From NCBI GenBank assembly GCA_963727445.1, contig CAVSGI010000005.1, forward strand, positions 96,001 through 160,000: DNA of 64,000 nt, written 5' to 3'. Shown here piece by piece: positions 41,027 through 49,926 of this stretch. A model generated the notes under the pieces. It was not told the origin of the DNA. It worked only from the letters and a program-made list of their open reading frames with translations, and did not search any database. Within the stretch, counting starts at the first letter, position 1; each line of letters begins with the position of its first letter. The DNA is from an uncultured delta proteobacterium. GTDB lineage: Bacteria; Myxococcota_A; Polyangia; Polyangiales; B10-G4. The position numbers and the translations under genes were made by a program.

Positions 41027-42256
41027 CGTTCGAGACCGACCGCTCCGACGCACCGGCTCCTCCGTCGAGTCCGGCGCCACGGGCTCGCTGGGAACGCTCT
41101 GGCCGTCCTCGCGCTCGCAGGTCCACCGCCCACCGCGCTCGAAGCCGCAGCGTTCGATTACCGAGTCGTCGACGCGCCGGGCGGTGAGGTCGACGCGCTC
41201 TCGCGAGGCGTCCACCTCGAGGAAGTGAAAGCTCGCATCGAAGCGATGCTGGAACGGCAGGGGGTGATTTTCGTGATAGAGCGGCGCGCCTCCACCGCCG
41301 GTGACGATGTACTTCACGCCGTTCCAGTCGCCGCGCTCGTATCCGTGGTCGTGTCCGCTGAGCACCAGCGCCACCCCGTAGCGGCGGAACAGGTGGACGA
41401 CTCCGGTCGAGAGCATGTCCGCGTGGCCGCCGTGGTGGTTGCTCGACATCGGGCCCTGGTGGAGCGCCACCATCAGGTGCGCCACCGTTTCGTCGTGGCT
41501 CGCCTCTTCGAGCCGTTCGACGAGCCAGCGACGCTGCTCCGCCTCGGTGTTCGACCAGTCGTCGTTCGAGTCGAGCATCAGGACGCGAACCGGTCCCCAA
41601 TCGAAGGCGTAGTAGGTCTCGGCCCCTCCGTGGGCATCTGGGACGCGCGTGTAGCGGAGGAAGCTGGGCAGGCCCACCCCAAATCGATAGAGCTCGTGAT
41701 TGCCGAGCGCGGGGAAGAGCGGCGTGTCTCTCAGCAGCTCGCCCTCGACGTCGAAGAGCTCCTGCCAGTCCTCCGGGTCAGCGCCGCTCGCCACCATGTC
41801 GCCGGTGTTGATGACGAAATCGCCGGGGTGCTCGCGCATGCGCGCGATCACCGCAGCGTGGGCCTGGGCGTTGGTCCGGTTGTCTCCGACCACGAGGAAG
41901 CGCACCGGGCCCTCGCCCGGCGGCGGCGCGGTCGTGAAGGTGCCCTCCCGAACGCTCTCGCCCACCACGACCCGGTAGTCGTAGCGATTCTGGGGTTCGA
42001 GCCCCGTGACGACGACCTCGTGAAAGTCGCTCGAGGGGCTCTCGATGCGCGAGACCTCCGTGGCCTCTTCGCCGGCGGCCGGCTGGGTCACGATCACCGT
42101 CGCGGGCGCGGCGGCCCCGAGCTCGAAGAGGATGGCCACCTGATCCGTACGCGCGTCCATCAGATAGGGGCCCTTGCGGAACGGGACCTGAGCGCTCGCC
42201 GAGGGCGCCGCGAGGGCGAGGGCGAGGGCGAGGATCGCGAGGGCGAGTGGGCGCAC
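40943..42256 (-). CDS. Purple acid phosphatase-like metallophosphoesterase with C-terminal TM anchor
   Basis: Signal peptide; FN3-like N-domain; GDNR, TGDMV, GNHE, SGHDHGYER. Confidence 0.9.
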   Translation of the reverse strand: MRPLALAILALALALAAPSASAQVPFRKGPYLMDARTDQVAILFELGAAAPATVIVTQPAAGEEATEVSRIESPSSDFHEVVVTGLEPQNRYDYRVVVGESVREGTFTTAPPPGEGPVRFLVVGDNRTNAQAHAAVIARMREHPGDFVINTGDMVASGADPEDWQELFDVEGELLRDTPLFPALGNHELYRFGVGLPSFLRYTRVPDAHGGAETYYAFDWGPVRVLMLDSNDDWSNTEAEQRRWLVERLEEASHDETVAHLMVALHQGPMSSNHHGGHADMLSTGVVHLFRRYGVALVLSGHDHGYERGDWNGVKYIVTGGGGAPLYHENHPLPFQHRFDASFHFLEVDASRERVDLTARRVDDSVIERCGFERGGRWTCEREDGQSVPSEPVAPDSTEEPVRRSGRSRTLLFLVGGLALLAVVFGLFLRKRGRARG

Positions 42257-42262
42257 CGAGCT

Positions 42263-42270
42263 GCTATACC
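42263..42270. promoter_or_regulatory. Overlapping divergent -10 boxes (GCTATACC)
   Basis: TATACC 7 nt before GTG 42278 (+); TATAGC 6 nt before GTG 42256 (-). Confidence 0.6.
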
Positions 42271-42277
42271 AGAGGTC

Positions 42278-43159
42278 GTGGGCCAAGGCTCCGAGACAGC
42301 CGCGTCGGCCAGGCGAGCGGCCACTCCGCGCGCGCGGCGGACCCGGGCACTCGCGGCACGCCTCGACGCGCTGCTCGAGAGCCACGATGCGGCGAGTCAC
42401 GTCGCCTCCGACCCGGTCTCTTTCGTGCATCGAGCCGCGCCCGACGACCGCGAGGTGGTGGGGCTCATCGCCGCGGCCCTCGCTTTCGGCAACGTCGTGG
42501 CCATCCGCGCCAGCGTCGACCGCGCCCTCCGCGCGCTCGGCGAAGCGCCTCACCTCGCGGTGCGGCGACGCCAGCGGACGCTCGCGCGCCGTCTCGATGG
42601 ATTCGTTCATCGCGTCTACCGAGGCGAACACCTGGCCGCGCTGCTCTCTTCTGCGGGCGCGGCGATCCGCCGGCATGGGAGCCTGGGCGAAGCGTTCGCG
42701 CACCACCTCGAGGAGGCCGGCGATTTTCGCGAAGGTCTCGCGCGCTTCGCGGACGCGCTCCGCGGCCCCGACCCCTCGCGATCGATGAAGCACCTGGTCC
42801 CCGATCCGCGCGCGGGAAGCGCGACCAAGCGGCTGCTCCTCTACCTGCGCTGGATGATCCGCCCAGCGGACGGTGTCGACCTCGGGCTGTGGGACGTCTC
42901 GCCGTCCCAGCTCATCATCCCGGTGGACACGCACGTGCACCGCATCGCGAAGAACCTGGGCCTGACGGCGCGAAACGACGCGAGCTGGCGCACCGCGGAA
43001 GAGATCACGGCGCGCCTCAGAGAGCTCGACCCGCTCGACCCGGTGAAGTACGACTTCGCCATCTGTCATCTCGGCGTCTCGCGGATGTGTCCCAGTCGGC
43101 GCGATCCGGATCTCTGCGCCGGCTGCGTGCTCAAACCGGCTTGCCTGAATTGGAAGTGA
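42278..43159 (+). CDS. TIGR02757/DUF2400 family protein (HhH-GPD-like, C-terminal 4-Cys cluster)
   Basis: SDPVSF, SATKRLLLYLRWMIR, IPVDTHV, DPVKYDFA, C-x8-C-x2-C-x5-C. Confidence 0.88.
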   Translation: MGQGSETAASARRAATPRARRTRALAARLDALLESHDAASHVASDPVSFVHRAAPDDREVVGLIAAALAFGNVVAIRASVDRALRALGEAPHLAVRRRQRTLARRLDGFVHRVYRGEHLAALLSSAGAAIRRHGSLGEAFAHHLEEAGDFREGLARFADALRGPDPSRSMKHLVPDPRAGSATKRLLLYLRWMIRPADGVDLGLWDVSPSQLIIPVDTHVHRIAKNLGLTARNDASWRTAEEITARLRELDPLDPVKYDFAICHLGVSRMCPSRRDPDLCAGCVLKPACLNWK

Positions 43160-43160
43160 A

Positions 43161-45794
43161 TCAGCGCGCCGGATTGTGGGATCGGATGCGGGCGGCGAGC
43201 TGCGACTCGAGCTCTTCGAGCGTCGCAGGGCCATCGATCGCTTCGCCGATGGCGAGCTCGTTCGCGTCGGGGTAGCGCAAGACGCCCAGGTCCTTGAGCG
43301 CGCCGATGGCGGACTCGAGTCGCATCTTCGACAGCGACTCACGGAGCTCGAGCTCTCCCTCGAGATACATGCGCTGGCCGACGGTGAGCGTGCGCTTGAT
43401 CCACTCCTTGCGCCCCATGGTGTCGTCGAGGAGCACCGTCGCACCGCGAACCGCGAGCCGATAGGTCTCGAAATAGGTGCGCAGCATCATCGCGTAGGCC
43501 GAGAGCCGCTCCCCGCCGTCCCCTTCGGCCGGCTGGATGCGGTCCACCACCCGTTCGAGCTCGTTGGCCGCGAGCATTTGCGACAGCGCGTCGTCGAAGA
43601 TCTCGTCGAAGGTCGCATCGGCCCGGTACATGAACTCGTACTTGAACAGCCGCGACAGCTTGCGCACGCGTTCGCGGAGCTGCTGCTCGCTGAGCGGCTC
43701 GCCCTCGCCGGTGAGCACCGCGGCGGCGATCATCGCGCTCGGTACGAAGAAGTGCAGGATGTTGTTCTTGTAGTACTCGACGGCGATGCGTCGTTCTTCC
43801 GGGATGGTGAAGATGGCGTCGTTGCCGTCGCCGTGACGGGTCATGAGCTTGCTGTCCATGAAGAGCCGGGTCGCCTCCTCGATGGTGTTCTCGCGGACCG
43901 TCCCATCCTCGGCGCGAATGGTCGTGGCGAAGCGCGCTCCCAATCGGTCGAGGGTTTCGCTCATGCGCTGCGCACCCGCCATCAGGTCTGCGAAGGAGAT
44001 GCCCCTCCGCTGGTGCGAAAGCGCGACAGTCGCCACCAGCGCTGCCGGCGTCACCACCGTCACCTCGTTGATCCTGTACACGACGCGGTGCGCGATCCGC
44101 TGGACCAGGGCGCGCCTCGCCGGCGCGCTGATCGCGTTCCTGCGATCCTCGCCTTCGGAGACCTCTTCACCCCGTTCGTCCAGCGTCTCCCGCATCGCTT
44201 CGTCGAAGCTGAGCGGCTCGCCGAACTGGAGATAGAGGCGCCCATATCGCGAGCGCAGCACCCGCGGCGTCTTGAGGAGGCCGCCGATGTTCTCCTTCGC
44301 CTTCTCTGCGCCGGCCTGCTCGTCCACGTAGGAGCGCTCCTCGACGATGCGCTCGTAGCCGATGGAGATGGGGACGAAGCTCACCTTGCGGCCGGGTAGC
44401 ATCAGGCACGCGTCGACCACCATCGAGAGGAGGCCGTACTTCGGGCTGAGCAGCTTGCCGGTACGCGAGCGTCCGCCTTCGAGGAAGAACTCGATGCTGA
44501 AGCCCTCGAGGAGGAGCTTGCGCATGTAGGCGTCCACGAGCACCGAGTAGAGCTTCTTTCCCCGGAAGCTCCGGCGGATGAAGAAGGCCCCCGCGCCCCT
44601 CAAGATCGGGCCGACGGGCCAGAAGTTGAGATTGTCTCCGGCCGCGATCAGCGGCGGAGACATGGCGTTCATGTACATCACGTCGCTGAGGATCAGGTAG
44701 TCCACGTGGCTCTTGTGGCTGGGCAACAGCACGATGGCGCCATCCCGCGCCGCCTCGCGCACCTTGGCCAGCCCTTCCTGATCGACCTCGAGCCCGTCGT
44801 AGATGCGGTTCCAGACGTTCGAGAAGAGCCGGTGGAGAAACGCGAGGGTGTAAGGGTTCTGCGCAGCGCAAAGGCGGCGCAGCTCACGCCGCGCTTCGCG
44901 CTCCACCTTGGCGACCGGCTGCTTCTTCGCGCGCGCCTGCGCCTGGATGTGGCGCGCCACCCGCGGGCTGCGGATGAGCTCGTCACGGATGCGGCCCGGC
45001 GTCTTGCTCTTGGGGCCCAGCACCACGCTCCGCTCGCGCTCCATGATGCGCAACAGGGCGTAGCGGATCTTGTCGGCGATCTCGCCGTCGGTGAGATCCT
45101 CGTTCTCCTCCATGAACTTCTTGAGGTTCCAGGGCTCGCCCGCAGAGAGGATCGCGTTCCTGTAGTTGAAGAGGAACTGAAAGAAGACGCGGATGCGTCC
45201 GGGCCACTCCCGCGGGCCGAAGATCATGTCGATCAGCGACGGCTTCTTCTGCGCGGGCCTCTTCGTCCACACGAAGGTCTGAGGGCAGAGCAGGATCGGC
45301 TCGTCCATCTTGCGTTGGGCCTCGACCAACGTTCGGATCAGATCGACCTCCAGCTCGCGGCCCTTGTGCTCGACCTTGCCCACTTGCGGCGGCTGTCGGA
45401 GGAAGAGCAGGGCGCTGAACTTTTCGCGCACCGTGTCTTCGAGCGCGCGGTCCTCCGGGATCTGACGCCGGAAGCGCAACCGGCGTCCGCCCTTGCCGAA
45501 GGGCTCGAGGATCCACAGCCCCAGATCGTTGACGAAGCGGACGAGGGGGAGCGCGAAGCGCTTCGTCAAGAAGTCGAGGCAGAGGAAGTCGAGGAAGGAG
45601 ATCGACCGCATCACGTAGACGACCACTCCCCGGCGGGCCGCCTTGCGAACCTGGTCGCTGAAGGCGTCGTCGACGGTGATGTGGGCGAAGAACCGGTCGT
45701 AAAACCACTTGAGGATGGGGTTCGGCTCGTACGGCTTGACCACCGCGCTCGCCTTCCTCTTGACCGGTCGCGTCTCCATCGAGCTCTTCGGCAC
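43161..45794 (-). CDS. plsB: Glycerol-3-phosphate 1-O-acyltransferase
   Basis: PSHKSHVDY (HX4D), [27 protein letters not shown]. Confidence 0.92.
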   Translation of the reverse strand: MPKSSMETRPVKRKASAVVKPYEPNPILKWFYDRFFAHITVDDAFSDQVRKAARRGVVVYVMRSISFLDFLCLDFLTKRFALPLVRFVNDLGLWILEPFGKGGRRLRFRRQIPEDRALEDTVREKFSALLFLRQPPQVGKVEHKGRELEVDLIRTLVEAQRKMDEPILLCPQTFVWTKRPAQKKPSLIDMIFGPREWPGRIRVFFQFLFNYRNAILSAGEPWNLKKFMEENEDLTDGEIADKIRYALLRIMERERSVVLGPKSKTPGRIRDELIRSPRVARHIQAQARAKKQPVAKVEREARRELRRLCAAQNPYTLAFLHRLFSNVWNRIYDGLEVDQEGLAKVREAARDGAIVLLPSHKSHVDYLILSDVMYMNAMSPPLIAAGDNLNFWPVGPILRGAGAFFIRRSFRGKKLYSVLVDAYMRKLLLEGFSIEFFLEGGRSRTGKLLSPKYGLLSMVVDACLMLPGRKVSFVPISIGYERIVEERSYVDEQAGAEKAKENIGGLLKTPRVLRSRYGRLYLQFGEPLSFDEAMRETLDERGEEVSEGEDRRNAISAPARRALVQRIAHRVVYRINEVTVVTPAALVATVALSHQRRGISFADLMAGAQRMSETLDRLGARFATTIRAEDGTVRENTIEEATRLFMDSKLMTRHGDGNDAIFTIPEERRIAVEYYKNNILHFFVPSAMIAAAVLTGEGEPLSEQQLRERVRKLSRLFKYEFMYRADATFDEIFDDALSQMLAANELERVVDRIQPAEGDGGERLSAYAMMLRTYFETYRLAVRGATVLLDDTMGRKEWIKRTLTVGQRMYLEGELELRESLSKMRLESAIGALKDLGVLRYPDANELAIGEAIDGPATLEELESQLAARIRSHNPAR

Positions 45795-45886
45795 GTGGGC
45801 CCCTCAGCCTCTCACGGTATCAGGCGCGGCATTTTCAGCGAATTTCAGGTAGTTCGCGGGCACCGAGCGCCCGAGGCTGCCTTCGC

Positions 45887-45915
45887 TTGACAGTGCCCAG
45901 GCCCCCGGCTAGTAA
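45887..45915 (+). promoter_or_regulatory. Sigma-70-like promoter of rplM-rpsI
   Basis: TTGACA-N17-TAGTAA; leader contains a CCCCAGG/CCTGGGG hairpin. Confidence 0.6.
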
Positions 45916-45967
45916 ACCGCCCCCCAGGCCCGTCCTGGGGATTGCCGGAATTATCTGGAAGGTTTTC

Positions 45968-46396
45968 ATGCGCACGCTCAGCGCCAAGACGAACGAAGTG
46001 GATCGCGACTGGCACGTCGTCGACGCCACCGACATGCCCCTCGGCCGACTCGCCTCGAAGGTCGCGTCGGTCCTCCGCGGCAAGCATCGCCCCGATTTCA
46101 CCCCCCACGCTGACGCGGGCGACTTCGTCGTCGTGATCAATGCCGACAAGGTGAAGCTCACGGGCAACAAGCTCGACAAGAAGTTCTACTACCGCCACTC
46201 CGGCTACCCGGGCGGCATCAAGGGGACTTCCTATCGCGAGCTGCTGGAAAAGCGTCCCGAGAAGGCCATCGAGAAGGCGGTCTGGGGAATGCTTCCCAAG
46301 AATCACATCGGTCGCCGCACGCATCGCAAGCTCAAGGTCTACGCTGGGCCGAAGCATCCGCACGCGGCGCAGAAGCCCAGCCCCCTCGCGCTCTGA
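45968..46396 (+). CDS. rplM: 50S ribosomal protein L13
   Basis: [34 protein letters not shown]. Confidence 0.98.
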   Translation: MRTLSAKTNEVDRDWHVVDATDMPLGRLASKVASVLRGKHRPDFTPHADAGDFVVVINADKVKLTGNKLDKKFYYRHSGYPGGIKGTSYRELLEKRPEKAIEKAVWGMLPKNHIGRRTHRKLKVYAGPKHPHAAQKPSPLAL

Positions 46397-46415
46397 GCCT
46401 TAGGAACGAAACGTC

Positions 46416-46820
46416 ATGCCTCAAGCCACGATTCACGGAAAGTACTACGGCACCGGGAAGCGGAAGAACGCGATCGCGCGCGTCTTCCTCAAGAGCGGCT
46501 CCGGACAGATCACCGTCAACGGTCGCACCCTCGCCGAATACTTCCCCCGCGAGACCTCGCAGATGGTCGCGCGCCAGGCGCTCGAGCTCATCGAGAAGGC
46601 CGACGCCTACGACGTCGAGGCAAACGTCTGCGGTGGCGGCGTCGCCGCCCAGGCCGAGGCCGTGCGCCACGGCATCAGCCGCGCGCTCCTCGGCGTGAGC
46701 CCCGACAACCGCGGCGCGCTCAAGCGCGCCGGCTTCCTGACTCGCGACTCCCGCAAGAAGGAGCGCAAGAAGCCTGGTCAGCCCGGGGCACGGAAGAAGT
46801 TCCAGTACTCCAAGCGCTGA
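46416..46820 (+). CDS. rpsI: 30S ribosomal protein S9
   Basis: [26 protein letters not shown]. Confidence 0.98.
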   Translation: MPQATIHGKYYGTGKRKNAIARVFLKSGSGQITVNGRTLAEYFPRETSQMVARQALELIEKADAYDVEANVCGGGVAAQAEAVRHGISRALLGVSPDNRGALKRAGFLTRDSRKKERKKPGQPGARKKFQYSKR

Positions 46821-46866
46821 TCGATGGCGCCCGGTAACGCCATCCGCCGGCTTACCTCGGACCCCA

Positions 46867-47922
46867 TTGATCGTGATCGATTCGGCAAACGTCGCAGTCA
46901 TCGGGGCGACCGGGTACACCGGGGCCGAGCTGGTTCGTTTGATTCACGGCCACCCGCGCCTGCGTCTCAAACGGCTCGTCGGGCAGAGCCGCGCGGGGGA
47001 GAAGGTCTCGGCCGTGCTGCCGAGCCTCGCCGGGCTCTACGATGGTGAGGTCGCGTCCTTCGACGCCGATGACGTCGCCGGGGTGACTGACGTGGCCTTC
47101 GCCGCGCTGCCGCATGGGGCGAGCGCGGGCGTCGTCGCCGAGCTGCGCGAGCGCGGCGTGCGCGTGATGGACCTCTCTGCAGACTTCCGCCTCGACGATC
47201 CCGCGGTCTACGCCGAGTGGTACGGCGAGCACCAGGCGCCGGCGCTCTTCGGCAAGGCCGTCTATGGTCTGGTGGAGCTCGCGCGCGACGACCTTCGTGG
47301 CGCGGAGCTGGTGGCGGTTCCGGGTTGCTATCCCACGGCGTCGATCCTCGGCCTCGCGCCCCTGCTCGCCGAGGGGCTCGTCGAGCGCGAGCACCTCATC
47401 ATCGACGCGAAGAGCGGCGCGTCGGGCGCGGGCCGCAAGGCCAGCCTCGGCTTTCACCTGCCCGAGGTGGGGGAGGGCATCCGCGCTTACAAAGTGGGCG
47501 GGCGTCACCGCCACACGCCGGAGATCGAGATGGTGCTCTCCCGGGTGGCGGGCGAGAAGATCCGCGTCAGCTTCACGCCGCATCTCGTCCCCATGACCCG
47601 CGGCATCCTCGCCACCGCCTACGCCGACGCGAAGACGGGGGTGACCGCCGAGCGGTGCACCGCGGCGGCTCGGGCGCGTTACGAGGGCTCGCCCTCGGTC
47701 GTGGTCCTCGACCCGAACACCGATCCCGACACCACCTGGGTCCGCGCGTCGAATCGCGCCTTCGTCAGCTACACCCACGACCCCCGCACCGACCGGATCA
47801 TCGCGCAGACGGTGATCGACAATCTGGTGAAGGGCGCCGCGGGTCAGGCCCTGCAGTGCCTCAACGTCGCGATGGGCTGGCCCGAGGGCGAAGGCTTGGG
47901 GCAACCAGCGGCGTGGCCCTGA
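46867..47922 (+). CDS. argC: N-acetyl-gamma-glutamyl-phosphate reductase
   Basis: GATGYTG, DLSADFRL, PGCYPT, SGASGAGR, DNLVKGAAGQA. Confidence 0.97.
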   Translation: MIVIDSANVAVIGATGYTGAELVRLIHGHPRLRLKRLVGQSRAGEKVSAVLPSLAGLYDGEVASFDADDVAGVTDVAFAALPHGASAGVVAELRERGVRVMDLSADFRLDDPAVYAEWYGEHQAPALFGKAVYGLVELARDDLRGAELVAVPGCYPTASILGLAPLLAEGLVEREHLIIDAKSGASGAGRKASLGFHLPEVGEGIRAYKVGGRHRHTPEIEMVLSRVAGEKIRVSFTPHLVPMTRGILATAYADAKTGVTAERCTAAARARYEGSPSVVVLDPNTDPDTTWVRASNRAFVSYTHDPRTDRIIAQTVIDNLVKGAAGQALQCLNVAMGWPEGEGLGQPAAWP

Positions 47923-48058
47923 CGCAGATTCCGCGCAAGAACAGTCTCAGCGGACGACGGCGGAAATACCGCACGGTCTTTGCCCACCGTCAACACGTCC
48001 TCCACATCCAGAGCCATCTCCATTTGGCGCCGCCGGGAGGAGCCTGAACACTTCGGGT

Positions 48059-48511
48059 ATGGAGTCACTCAGCACCCCATTCCGCCGCCGCGCGCTCCGC
48101 CGCTCGGTCCATCTGGAGTGTGATCTGATCACCAGCGACCGGGAGACGCCCGAGCCGCACCTGGTGACCGACCTCAGCCCCCATGGCTGCTGGATCGAGA
48201 CCACGACCCCGGCGCGCCCCGATACCCACGTCATCGTGGCTTTCCAACCACCTGGCTGGGACGGCGAGGTCGACCTCTTCGCCCGCGTCACCCACGTACG
48301 CGCGACGGGCCGGCGACCCGGCATGGGGCTCGAGTTCCTCGACGTCTCGCGGCCGCTCTACCTCGTCATGAAGGAGAGCCTCCACAACATCCCGCCTCGC
48401 CTTCCGCCACGCCCGCCCTCCCAGCCCGTCCGCGACGTGATGTGGCACGAGGACCTGGGCGACCGTGTCATCACCTACACGGTCAGCGACATCCCCAATA
48501 TCGTCGCATGA
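48059..48511 (+). CDS. PilZ domain protein
   Basis: RRALRR (RxxxR), DLSPHG, GMGLEF. Confidence 0.85.
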   Translation: MESLSTPFRRRALRRSVHLECDLITSDRETPEPHLVTDLSPHGCWIETTTPARPDTHVIVAFQPPGWDGEVDLFARVTHVRATGRRPGMGLEFLDVSRPLYLVMKESLHNIPPRLPPRPPSQPVRDVMWHEDLGDRVITYTVSDIPNIVA

Positions 48512-48604
48512 GGGCCCACGTGGAGGGGAGCGGCGCGCAGGTGTCGCCCCGTCCCACGTTCCAGAATTTGGCCAGGGGAAGTGGGGGCACCTACACTTCC
48601 CCAC

Positions 48605-49135
48605 ATGCTCCAGTCGGCCCTCGTCCTCCCCGCTCGCCGCCGGGCCCTCCGGCGCGCGGTACACGTGAATTGTGACGTGATCACGACGCAGTGGGAGGAG
48701 CCCGCCCCCCACCTCGTCACCGATCTCAGCCCCTATGGCTGCTGGATCGACACCCCCTTTCCCCTGATGCCGGAGACCGACGTGATCCTGGCCTTCACCC
48801 CGCCGAGGTGGGGCGAGGGCGAGGTCGTCACCTTCGCGCGCGTCACCCGCCGGGTTCGCAGTGGCGCTCGCCGCGGCATGGGCCTCGAGTTCCTCGACAT
48901 CACCAGGGGAGACGTGCGTGCCCTCGAGGGCAGCCTCCACGGCTTGCCGCCGCCCCTGACCACCTGCCGTCATCGCGAGCACGAAGAGTTGATCTGGGTC
49001 GACTCGCTCCTCACCTGGGAGGAGGACCTCGGCGACCGCATCAACACCTTCAGCGTCAGTGAGCAGATCGGGCTGGTCGCCGACGACGAGCTCGAGATCG
49101 TCGCGCTCGCCGAGCCGATCGCGATCGTCGCCTGA
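48605..49135 (+). CDS. PilZ domain protein, tandem paralog
   Basis: RRALRR, DLSPYG, GMGLEF; TACACT 7 nt before ATG 48605. Confidence 0.85.
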   Translation: MLQSALVLPARRRALRRAVHVNCDVITTQWEEPAPHLVTDLSPYGCWIDTPFPLMPETDVILAFTPPRWGEGEVVTFARVTRRVRSGARRGMGLEFLDITRGDVRALEGSLHGLPPPLTTCRHREHEELIWVDSLLTWEEDLGDRINTFSVSEQIGLVADDELEIVALAEPIAIVA

Positions 49136-49287
49136 GCAGCGCTATCATCGCGGCGGTGTCGCGCTCACCGCTCCTCCTTTCCTCCTCGGGGGCCTCTGGG
49201 CCACGGCGTGCGTCCACCAGGATTGAGCGATTGCTGCGTAGCGCGGTCCACCCGCGACGACGCAGAACCTGCTAGAGATCGTCGCCC

Positions 49288-49911
49288 ATGGACGCCTTCC
49301 AAGAGGCCCCCGCGACCTATTCGCTGATCCTCGCATGCGTGGCGATCTCCTTCGCCGGCTTCTGGGCGCTCGGCCGGCGCGACTATCGCCGCTACTTCGT
49401 CTTCCGCGCCTTCGACGTAGCCCAGGGCAAGAACCTGGTCGGCGCCGTCTTGTCGCACTTCGCCCACGGCGACTTCGGGCATCTCGTCGTGAACATGCTG
49501 GTGCTCTTCCTCTTCGGCCCGCGCGTCGAGCGCACCCTGGGACTCGTCCCCTTCCTCGTGGTCTACGGCGTCAGCGGCGTGGTGGGCACGTTGGCGCTCT
49601 TCATCCGACATCGAAAGAACCCGCGTCACTCCGCCCTCGGCGCGAGCGGTGCCATCGCAGGCATCGTCTTCGCGACGGTGATCATCGCCCCGACGGCGCA
49701 GTTCTATCTCTTCTTCCTGCCCATCGGGATCCCGGCGCCCGCCTTCGCGCTGCTCTACCTGGTGCTCTCTTCCTGGATGACGGGCCGAGGCGACCACGTG
49801 GCCCACGAAGCGCACATCGGCGGTGCGGTGGCGGGCTTCGTCGCCGCGGGCCTGCTCTACGGGCCGCACTTCGCCCCGCTCATCCGCGCGGTCCGCGCGC
49901 TCGTCGGCTGA
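49288..49911 (+). CDS. Rhomboid family intramembrane serine protease
   Basis: HGDFGHLVVNM, LGASGA, AHEAHIGG. Confidence 0.93.
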   Translation: MDAFQEAPATYSLILACVAISFAGFWALGRRDYRRYFVFRAFDVAQGKNLVGAVLSHFAHGDFGHLVVNMLVLFLFGPRVERTLGLVPFLVVYGVSGVVGTLALFIRHRKNPRHSALGASGAIAGIVFATVIIAPTAQFYLFFLPIGIPAPAFALLYLVLSSWMTGRGDHVAHEAHIGGAVAGFVAAGLLYGPHFAPLIRAVRALVG

Positions 49912-49926
49912 GCCGCGCGCGATCGT

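Noticed and set aside
40943..43444. Apparent overlapping 833-aa and 644-aa ORFs
   Set aside because: Same effect; likely real starts are 42256 (-) and 42278 (+)
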